DNA from: Myxococcales bacterium
Lineage (GTDB): Bacteria; Myxococcota; Myxococcia; Myxococcales; Myxococcaceae
Length of the DNA stretch: 39,528 nucleotides
Direction: 5' to 3'
NCBI GenBank assembly: GCA_030681895.1
Contig: JAUXRI010000243.1
Span: 1-39,528, forward strand
Both the position numbers and the translations under genes were made by a program. This document shows positions 33,182-39,528 of the stretch, piece after piece (the stretch's first letter is position 1; each line of letters starts with the position of its first letter). The notes under the pieces are model-generated. The model was not told the DNA's origin, did not search any database, and worked only from the letters and a program-made list of their open reading frames with translations.

Positions 33182-34678
33182 TCAGTGACAGGCGCCCGAC
33201 TTGTGGCCCGTCGAGAGGTCGTGCGCCCGGCAGCCGCGCTCCAACAACATCTGAAGCACCAGCTCGTCTTCGGTGCCGATGCTGCTGATGAGGAAACGCT
33301 TCGAGGTGCCCGGCGGCAGCGTGTCGGCGAGCGCGTCGCGAACGACGGTGTCTCCCAATATCGCCTGGAAGACCTGCGCGGTTCGCTGGTCGGGCTTGCT
33401 CACGCCGCCGAGGAGGGGCTGCAGCGCCGGCCTCGTACTCTGCGCATCCGAGAGCGCCATCGCGGCGCCTGCGCGGGCGCTCCAGCCCGCGGCGTCTCGC
33501 TTCGTGCGCAGCGCGGCCTGAACGAAGACGCGCGCCTCGCGCTCGGTGAGCGTGAACCGGCCGTTGCCTGCAAGCACCAGCACGTCGTGGGTCTTCACGT
33601 CGGCCTCGAGCGCCGCGACGATGAGCGTCTGCTCGTTCGGGTTGGTGAGGGTGAGGACGGTGTCGCCGCGGGCTGACCGCAGGGCCGCCACCCACGCCTC
33701 GGTCGAGACCGTCTCACCGAGCGCGAGCCGCGCGATGACGGCGCCTTCAGGCGTGCAGCCATTGATGGCGTCGTCCACTCCGGCAGTCAGCTCAAGTCGA
33801 TGCTCGATTCTTCCCACCGGCGCGAGCTTGCGAGCCTCGCCACCGCTCTTCGCGTCACACAGCTTCGCCGTCAGGAAGCTCGCCGCCGTCTTCACCACGC
33901 CCCCAGGCGCTGACTCGCACAACAGCGTCTCCTTGGCGGCCTCCACCGACGGGTGCGTCATCGCCGCGGCGACGAGGGTCGGCACCTTCGACGTCGCGCC
34001 GTCTCGAACCGTCGCGCCACACACATCGCGAATCACCCGCGCGCGGCTCTCGTCAGGCTCGTCGGCGTTCACGAGCTGCTCGAGCACGAACGCGTCGCCT
34101 TCGCCGTCGAGCCGCGACGAGGCCTCGGTCAGCAAGCGGCCCCGCTTCTCGCCAGTCCGTTTCGCCAGCATCGCCCGGTACTGCGCAATCAGGTCGACCT
34201 GCGACTGAATCGTCGTCGGGCTCCGCGCTTCACCACCATCGGAGAACGTCGTCACCTTCGCGCGCTCGACGATGGCGCGTTGCCCGAGCTCGGGGAGGTC
34301 GAGCTGCGCGAGCTCCCGCCACCCGTCGTCCGTCTTCGTCCGCGCCGACAGCAGGTCGCCCGAGGTCGAGTACAGCCCGTGAAAGGTCGTCTCGCCCTTC
34401 GTCGTGACGGTCACCTCGTCGTACTTCTCGGGGAAGGCCAGCTCGTAGACGATGAGCGGCAACAGAATCACGCACGCCGCCGAGTGGCCGCAGCCTCCGC
34501 CTCCACCGCTCCCCTTGAGCTTGCGCTCGACCGTCACCAGCACGTCGGGCGGGCGCGCGAGGGCCTTCACGTCGTCGAGCTTCGCGGGCACGTCGACGTA
34601 CGACTTCTGCTCCGGCGAGCACCGCACGCAACAGCTCGCGAGCACCAGCGACGTGACAGCGATGAGCATCAACCGCAT
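33182..34678 (-). CDS. Hypothetical lipoprotein (498 aa).
   Basis: The real start is MRLMLIAVTSLVLASCC (lipobox) at 34676-34678. The track ORF's upstream 262 codons are antisense to the kinase gene and Arg-rich. A GSGGGGGCGH segment is present. Confidence 0.6.
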   Translation of the reverse strand: MRLMLIAVTSLVLASCCVRCSPEQKSYVDVPAKLDDVKALARPPDVLVTVERKLKGSGGGGGCGHSAACVILLPLIVYELAFPEKYDEVTVTTKGETTFHGLYSTSGDLLSARTKTDDGWRELAQLDLPELGQRAIVERAKVTTFSDGGEARSPTTIQSQVDLIAQYRAMLAKRTGEKRGRLLTEASSRLDGEGDAFVLEQLVNADEPDESRARVIRDVCGATVRDGATSKVPTLVAAAMTHPSVEAAKETLLCESAPGGVVKTAASFLTAKLCDAKSGGEARKLAPVGRIEHRLELTAGVDDAINGCTPEGAVIARLALGETVSTEAWVAALRSARGDTVLTLTNPNEQTLIVAALEADVKTHDVLVLAGNGRFTLTEREARVFVQAALRTKRDAAGWSARAGAAMALSDAQSTRPALQPLLGGVSKPDQRTAQVFQAILGDTVVRDALADTLPPGTSKRFLISSIGTEDELVLQMLLERGCRAHDLSTGHKSGACH

Positions 34679-34762
34679 GGCAGGCCCCCGAGGTGCGACA
34701 CGAACTGCCTGATCATTCCACCGAAGGAGACGTGAGGCGACCTTGGGGTACACTGACCGTCT

Positions 34763-36397
34763 GTGACTGTCCTCGAGCCCGGCACCACGTTTGCCGGCAA
34801 GTACCTGATTGACGGAGTGCTCGGCAAAGGCGGCATGGGCGCGGTGTATTCGGCGACCAACCAGTCCATCGGCCGGCGCGTCGCCATCAAGGTGCTCGTC
34901 GCGGACCTCGCCGATCGTGACGACATCAAGGCGCGCTTCTCGCTCGAGGCGCGCGCTGCGGCCGTCATCAACCACCCCGGCATCGTCGACGTCCTCGACA
35001 TGGGCGAGACGGAGGACGGCGAGCCCTTCATCGTCATGGAGCACCTCGAAGGTGCGACCCTGAAGGCCGTCTTCAAGAAGCACGGCATCTTCGCGCCAGC
35101 GCAGGCGGTGGGCGTCATTCTGCCGCTGCTCGACGCGCTGGCGGCCGCGCATCAGGCGAACGTCATTCATCGCGACATCAAACCCGCGAACATCTTCCTG
35201 TGCACGAAGCCGCAGCGCCTCGTGAAGCTCCTCGACTTCGGCATCTCGCGCTTCGGGCAGAGCACCGGTTTGACTCACTCGGGCACCGCGGTCGGCACGC
35301 CCAAGTACATGGCGCCGGAGCAGCTCCTCGGAGAGAAGTCCCTCGGCCCGTCGGCCGACATCTACTCGGTGGGCGCGGTGCTCTACGAGCTGCTCGGTGG
35401 GCGCGCGCCGTACGATGCCGATAGCGACATCGCCACGCTCGCGAAGCTCTTGAAGGAAGAGCACCAGCCGCTCATCGAGGTCCGGCCTGAGCTCCCCACG
35501 CGGCTGTGTGGCTTCGTCGACGCGCTGCTCGTGAAGGAGCCCGACCGGCGCGCGAAGGACGCCGCGAAGGTGAAGGAGTCACTCATCGCCCTCGTGAAGG
35601 CCGGCGACCTCGGCAGCCTCTTCGACATCGCGCAGGAGTCGGCGGTGCGCAGCCAGTCTGGTGGAACGCCGCGGCCTCCCACCGGTCCCGCGCGCCTGCC
35701 CGTCACGTCTCCCGGCCGCCGGAACTCGGTCACTCGCATGCCCGCCGCGCAGGTGACCGTCGATGACGACGCGCCGTCGCCGCGCCCGTCTGCGAAGCGG
35801 CCGGCCGCGAAGACGCCGAGAACGCCGCCGCCCGTGATGCCGACCGCCCCCGCGCTCGACCCCGTCGAGGAGCTGCCGCCGCGTCGCACGGGCCTCGTCG
35901 CCGCCGTCGTCATCGCGATGGTGGGGCTCATCGTCGGCGCGGGCCTCTTCCTGGCGCTCGGGAAGTCGGACGATGCTGAGCCCGTGGTCGTCACTCCGCC
36001 GACGAAGGTCCCGAAGTTGCCGGCTGCCAGAGAGCCAGTGAGGCCTCCAGTGAACGCCATTCCGACGCCCGTCGTGGTGACGCTCACGGCCGAACCTGCG
36101 AGCGCCCGCTTCGAGGTCGACGGTGAGAAGCTCGAGGGCAACCCCGTCACGCTGACGCGGGAGAAGGGCAGCGGCGCCGCCGTCGTGACCACCGCGCAGG
36201 GGTTCGAGCCGCGGTCCATCCAGCTCGCCTTCACCGAGACCCGCGAAGAGCGCGTGACGTTGACCCGCCTCGTCGCCGCCGTCGCGCCGCCGGCCCAGGA
36301 GCCGCGGCACCCGAAGCCCGGCACCAGGCCACCGCCCCCGCCCGGCGGCAAGAAGGGCGGCAAGCTGACCGTCGACGAGACGAACCCGTACGAGTGA
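34763..36397 (+). CDS. Eukaryote-like Ser/Thr protein kinase with a TM helix and an extracytoplasmic PEGA domain.
   Basis: Gly-loop LGKGGMGAVY, VAIK, HRDIKPANIF, DFG and APE motifs. A TM segment VAAVVIAMVGLIVGAGLFLAL follows. The C-terminal PEGA core is ARFEVDGEKLEGNPVTL. GTG start at 34763. Confidence 0.85.
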   Translation: MTVLEPGTTFAGKYLIDGVLGKGGMGAVYSATNQSIGRRVAIKVLVADLADRDDIKARFSLEARAAAVINHPGIVDVLDMGETEDGEPFIVMEHLEGATLKAVFKKHGIFAPAQAVGVILPLLDALAAAHQANVIHRDIKPANIFLCTKPQRLVKLLDFGISRFGQSTGLTHSGTAVGTPKYMAPEQLLGEKSLGPSADIYSVGAVLYELLGGRAPYDADSDIATLAKLLKEEHQPLIEVRPELPTRLCGFVDALLVKEPDRRAKDAAKVKESLIALVKAGDLGSLFDIAQESAVRSQSGGTPRPPTGPARLPVTSPGRRNSVTRMPAAQVTVDDDAPSPRPSAKRPAAKTPRTPPPVMPTAPALDPVEELPPRRTGLVAAVVIAMVGLIVGAGLFLALGKSDDAEPVVVTPPTKVPKLPAAREPVRPPVNAIPTPVVVTLTAEPASARFEVDGEKLEGNPVTLTREKGSGAAVVTTAQGFEPRSIQLAFTETREERVTLTRLVAAVAPPAQEPRHPKPGTRPPPPPGGKKGGKLTVDETNPYE

Positions 36398-36425
36398 GCG
36401 ACGACTTCGGGGTAGGCTCCCGCTC

Positions 36426-37613
36426 GTGCTCCTCACCCGCTGGCTGCTCGCGCTGACGCTGCTCTCGTCGCCGCTCGCGTTCGCCCAGGGCGCCGCCGCG
36501 AAGAAAGAGGCCGCGGCGAAGAAGAACGAGGCGGCCGCGAAGAAGAACGAGGCCGCCGACCACTACAAGAAGGGCGTCGGGCTCTTCAAAGAGGGCGACT
36601 TCGCCTCGGCGCTCGCCGAGTTCCGCGCCGCGTACCAGGCCGTGCCCGGCTTCGAGGTGCTCTACAACCTCGGCCTCACCGAGCGCCGGCTCTTCAAGTA
36701 CGGCCAGGCCGTGAAGACCCTCAACCGCTACCTCGAGGAGGGCGGCAAGAAGGTGCCCGCGGACCGCCGAGAGAGCGTCGAGACCGAGCTGTCGCAGATT
36801 CGCGCGCTGACCTCGAAGATCAACGTGAAGGTCGAGGGTGCTCCGGCGAAAGTGTTCGTCGATGGTGAAGAGGTCGGCACCTCGCCGCTCGCCGACCCGA
36901 TTCTGCTGGGGCCCGGCAAACACACCATTCGCGCTACGCGTGACGGTGAGCCCGAGGCCGAAGAGACGTTCGAGCTCGCCTCAGGCTCGACGAAAGACGT
37001 GAACCTCGCGCTCAAGCCGAAGGCGCCGTCGGGGCCGGTCGAAATCACCATCGAGACCGACCCGCGTGACGCCGTGCTGATGCTCGATGGCAAGCTGGCC
37101 GGCCTCTCGCCGACGAAGGTCGAGCTGACGGCGGGCTCCCACGAGCTCATCGCCGAGCTCGATGGCTTTCAGTCGACCCGCACCGACGTGATGGTCGAGC
37201 CCGGCAAGCCGCGCACCGTGAAGCTCAAGCTCGTCGCAGGTGGCGCGTCGGCCGGTGGTGGTGGGCCGCGTGGCCGCTTTCCCGTGGTCGGCGTCATTCT
37301 CTTCGGCGCTGGCGTCGTGGCGGGCGGCCTCGCGGTGCTCTTCGCGGTGCAGTCCACCAACGCGTCCCGGCAGGTCTCCGAGTTCTTCCGCATCGGCGGC
37401 CCGTGGGACCCGATGCGCATCGCCGTGGAGCAGGGCGGCCGGCGCGACCAGACCCTCGCGGGCGTCTTCATCGGCATCTCGGGCGCGGCGATCGCGGGTG
37501 GCGTCATCGCCACCATCGTCAGCCTCGCGAGCCCGAGCGAAGAGTCCGAAGCCCACTTCTTCATCACCCCTTCCGCGAACGGAGCGCTGGCGACATGGTC
37601 AACCCGCTTCTGA
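36426..37613 (+). CDS. Secreted TPR-like + tandem PEGA-domain membrane protein.
   Basis: The signal peptide is LLTRWLLALTLLSSPLAFAQG. An AAKKNEA x3 repeat follows, then a TPR-like helix pair. There are two PEGA cores (AKVFVDGEEVGTSPL and AVLMLDGKLAGLSPT). Two TM helices lie near the C-terminus. GTG start at 36426. Confidence 0.7.
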   Translation: MLLTRWLLALTLLSSPLAFAQGAAAKKEAAAKKNEAAAKKNEAADHYKKGVGLFKEGDFASALAEFRAAYQAVPGFEVLYNLGLTERRLFKYGQAVKTLNRYLEEGGKKVPADRRESVETELSQIRALTSKINVKVEGAPAKVFVDGEEVGTSPLADPILLGPGKHTIRATRDGEPEAEETFELASGSTKDVNLALKPKAPSGPVEITIETDPRDAVLMLDGKLAGLSPTKVELTAGSHELIAELDGFQSTRTDVMVEPGKPRTVKLKLVAGGASAGGGGPRGRFPVVGVILFGAGVVAGGLAVLFAVQSTNASRQVSEFFRIGGPWDPMRIAVEQGGRRDQTLAGVFIGISGAAIAGGVIATIVSLASPSEESEAHFFITPSANGALATWSTRF

Positions 37614-39175
37614 AACGGGCTCACGGGCTGGCGTTCGGCGCCGCGCTGGTGCTCGGCACGGCTGCGGGCTGCTCGTTCTATTCCCCCACCATCGTCGACT
37701 GCGCCATCACGTGTGGCGAGAGCGGCCCCTGCCCCGGCGGGACGACGTGCCGCAACGGCTTCTGCCGCCTCGAGTCGTCGATGGGCGACTGCGCGTGCAA
37801 GCTGGGCGACACGCGCGAGTGTGGTGGTGGACGCGGCGAGTGCAAGAAGGGCACTGAGGTCTGCACCTCGGAGCGCGTGTGGAGCGGCGTCTGCGTCAAC
37901 GAGGGCCGCCCCTCGGTCGAGGTCTGCAACAACAAGGACGACGACTGCGATGGCCTGGTCGACGATGAGGTGACGGACACCCAGGCGTGTGCCCTCACGC
38001 AGGGCGTGTGCGCCGGGAGGAAGAACCGCTGCGAGTCCGGAGCGCAGTTGGTGTGTGACGCCTCCGACTACGGGGCTGCGTACCAGGTCGCCGAGGCGCG
38101 CTGCGATTCCCTCGACAACGACTGTGACGGCTTCGCCGATGTCCGCTCGCTCTCGGTGTTGACCAACGAAGCGTCACCGACGGCGCCGTTCCAGCTGCTC
38201 GCGATGCCGCAGGGCTTCTCGCTGGTCTACGAGCGCCGCCCAGCTGCGGGCATGCCCGAGCTCATCGTCGCCCGCTACGACGAGGCCTTCGCCTTTCAAC
38301 GCGGCTACGTCGTCGCGCGCCCACCGCCGGCGCAGTTCCAGGCGCGCTCGCTCGGTGAGGCCGTCTTCGTGGCGACGACGACTGGCGGCGGCGTTGGCCT
38401 GACGCGGGTGAACACGCTGCTGGCTGGTGACGCGGGCCTCGAGGGCTTCGAGCCGCTGGTCGACGCGGGCTTCTGGAGCGGCTTGCGCCTCGGCGTCGGT
38501 GAGCAGGCTGTCAGCACCTTCCTCGCGGACTCGAACGGCGATCGCGCGCGCATGCTCATCTGGCAGTTCGATGGTGGGCTCTCGCAGATTCGCGATGTGA
38601 ACGCGGGGCCGGGCGTTCCCGCGAACGTCACCCTCAACTCGGTCAACCTGAGCGACCGTGGCCACTTCGTCATCTTCAGCGCCGACGACTCGGCCGGCGA
38701 CACGGTGAGGCAACTGATTCGGCTGGGTGACGGCGGCGTGTGGAGTCCGCCGTACTTCGGAGGTCTCGACGCCGAGCTGCACGAGTGGGACGCGGGCGTG
38801 TCGGCGACCTACGCGTACTCCGACACCAACTCGTCGCTGTCTGGGGTGTACTTTCTTCCCGACCTGACGCGCGGGCTGCCTGAGGTCGCGGCGGCCGCGT
38901 CATTCCTTGCCCAGCAGTGGGGCGCCGCGTCGGCGTTCCGCACGCAGTCGGGCGACCTGCACGTCGCGATGCAGGAGCGCGTGCCCGGCGGTGGGCAGCA
39001 GATCGTCGTGGGCACGTCGGTGCCTGTCAGTGACACCTTCAGCTTCCGGCTTCGCAACCTCGACGGCGGCGCGGGTGTGCCGGCGGTGGTGGCCTCGTCG
39101 GTGGAGCCGGGGTGGCTGTTCGTCGGCTGGCGCGACATGACCTCGATTCGGGTGCGAAAGGTCTGCGCGCCCTGA
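37595..39175 (+). CDS. Cys-rich lipoprotein with MopE-type putative metal-binding motifs (526 aa).
   Basis: The lipobox is LVLGTAAGC. The repeats CNNKDDDCDGLVDDE and CDSLDNDCDGFADV match the myxobacterial 'putative metal-binding motif' (Cu-binding MopE-like) pattern. It overlaps the upstream gene by 19 nt. Confidence 0.75.
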   Translation: MVNPLLKRAHGLAFGAALVLGTAAGCSFYSPTIVDCAITCGESGPCPGGTTCRNGFCRLESSMGDCACKLGDTRECGGGRGECKKGTEVCTSERVWSGVCVNEGRPSVEVCNNKDDDCDGLVDDEVTDTQACALTQGVCAGRKNRCESGAQLVCDASDYGAAYQVAEARCDSLDNDCDGFADVRSLSVLTNEASPTAPFQLLAMPQGFSLVYERRPAAGMPELIVARYDEAFAFQRGYVVARPPPAQFQARSLGEAVFVATTTGGGVGLTRVNTLLAGDAGLEGFEPLVDAGFWSGLRLGVGEQAVSTFLADSNGDRARMLIWQFDGGLSQIRDVNAGPGVPANVTLNSVNLSDRGHFVIFSADDSAGDTVRQLIRLGDGGVWSPPYFGGLDAELHEWDAGVSATYAYSDTNSSLSGVYFLPDLTRGLPEVAAAASFLAQQWGAASAFRTQSGDLHVAMQERVPGGGQQIVVGTSVPVSDTFSFRLRNLDGGAGVPAVVASSVEPGWLFVGWRDMTSIRVRKVCAP

Positions 39176-39351
39176 AGCGGCGGTGGCCTGTCGTGCTGGG
39201 AAGAGTTCCTCACAGGGGACGACGCCGACGTGATGCCGCTCGTGGTGCCCTGGCCGGGTTCCGCGCGCGCGCTCATGGGTAGCGAGTGCCTGCCACTGGT
39301 CGTGAACGAGGAGCGTCTCCTCCTCTCGACATTCCGCTTCGAGCCGCAGCG

Positions 39352-39376
39352 AGTGTCACGACCGGGGCGGTTTCCG
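39352..39376. repeat. Copy A of a 25-bp direct repeat, AGTGTCACGACCGGGGCGGTTTCCG.
   Basis: An exact 25/25 match to copy B sits ~111 bp downstream. It lies in the intergenic region after the MopE-lipoprotein gene. Confidence 0.5.
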
Positions 39377-39462
39377 CACGCGCAGTGACTGACAGCGACT
39401 GGCCCGACGCCACCTCCGTGACGAACCAGGAAATCGCTCCCGGGTGAAAGCCAGCGGCAACC

Positions 39463-39487
39463 AGTGTCACGACCGGGGCGGTTTCCG
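39463..39487. repeat. Copy B of the 25-bp direct repeat, AGTGTCACGACCGGGGCGGTTTCCG.
   Basis: It is identical to copy A. It ends ~5 nt before the apparent stop of a minus-strand gene that runs off the window. Confidence 0.5.
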
Positions 39488-39491
39488 GGCG

Positions 39492-39528
39492 CTACGGCTC
39501 GTCGATGAACTCCGCCACCTCGGCCGTG
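39492..39528 (-). CDS. Probable 3' end (last 11 codons + stop) of a minus-strand gene that continues beyond the window.
   Basis: The reverse-complement frame ...AEVAEFIDEP* has uniformly G/C third positions. The other frames do not. It is too short for any functional call. Confidence 0.3.
   Translation of the reverse strand, partial: TAEVAEFIDEP

Noticed and set aside
34679-35464. N-terminal 262 codons of track ORF 33182..35464, which would extend the lipoprotein to 760 aa.
   Set aside because: This extension is antisense to the Ser/Thr kinase catalytic core. The internal Met followed by a perfect lipobox (MRLMLIAVTSLVLASCC) is the credible start.
36480-36560. Tandem 21-bp nucleotide repeats (AAKKNEA x3 at 36480-36560; also a 15-bp Ala-Val-Asp-Ala-Gly repeat at ~17585-17640).
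   Set aside because: These are in-frame low-complexity linker repeats within CDSs. They are not satellites or regulatory arrays.
39352-39487. Possible CRISPR array at the 3' edge.
   Set aside because: Only two copies are present. Repeat-to-repeat spacing is ~111 bp, whereas a CRISPR array would be ~60-75 bp. No cas genes are in the window.

Overview
This is a ~39.5 kb, very GC-rich (~70%) chromosomal window. Nearly all coding sequence has GC-biased third positions, and the antisense frames yield long Arg/Ala-rich shadow ORFs, which I treat as artefacts. The gene content looks like Myxococcota: PEGA domains, MopE-type Cys/Asp motifs, DUF1501, a eukaryote-like Ser/Thr kinase and many lipoproteins. 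This is inference from composition and domain content, not a database result.

Gene order, with start codons placed by codon-counting from the supplied ORF track:
- (i) A 5'-truncated ORF tail, a small lipoprotein and a Tat-signal DUF1501 protein.
- (ii) A 745-aa Ala-rich all-helical protein with a buried hydrophobic hairpin, preceded by a ~22-bp-arm palindrome that overlaps its start codon.
- (iii) A divergent GreA/Rnk-like factor and a small catalase-clade heme protein.
- (iv) An ABC ATPase followed by two ABC-2 permeases, each fused to a C-terminal M1/gluzincin-like domain. One has an intact HExxH-E motif and the other is degenerate.
- (v) A 660-aa EF-G-family GTPase with a 247-nt leader.
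- (vi) Several lipoproteins, including a GHSxG esterase.
- (vii) A bacterial homologue of the eukaryotic major vault protein, with a divergent YkgJ-type Cys-cluster gene.
- (viii) MaoC-PTA fusion plus acetate kinase (pta-ackA).
- (ix) A translationally coupled soluble NAD-reducing [NiFe] hydrogenase operon, hoxFUYH plus the maturation protease hoxW.
- (x) A convergent metal ABC importer operon (TroA/ZnuA-type) led by an exported MBL-fold hydrolase.
- (xi) A Ser/Thr kinase / PEGA / TPR / MopE-motif lipoprotein cluster.
- (xii) A 25-bp direct repeat in two copies at the 3' window edge.

No rRNA, tRNA, CRISPR array or obvious mobile element was recognised. Coordinates of small non-coding elements (hairpin, repeats, palindrome) are approximate to ±2 nt.

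The most unusual items are the bacterial vault-protein homologue and the paired permease-peptidase/pseudopeptidase ABC system.
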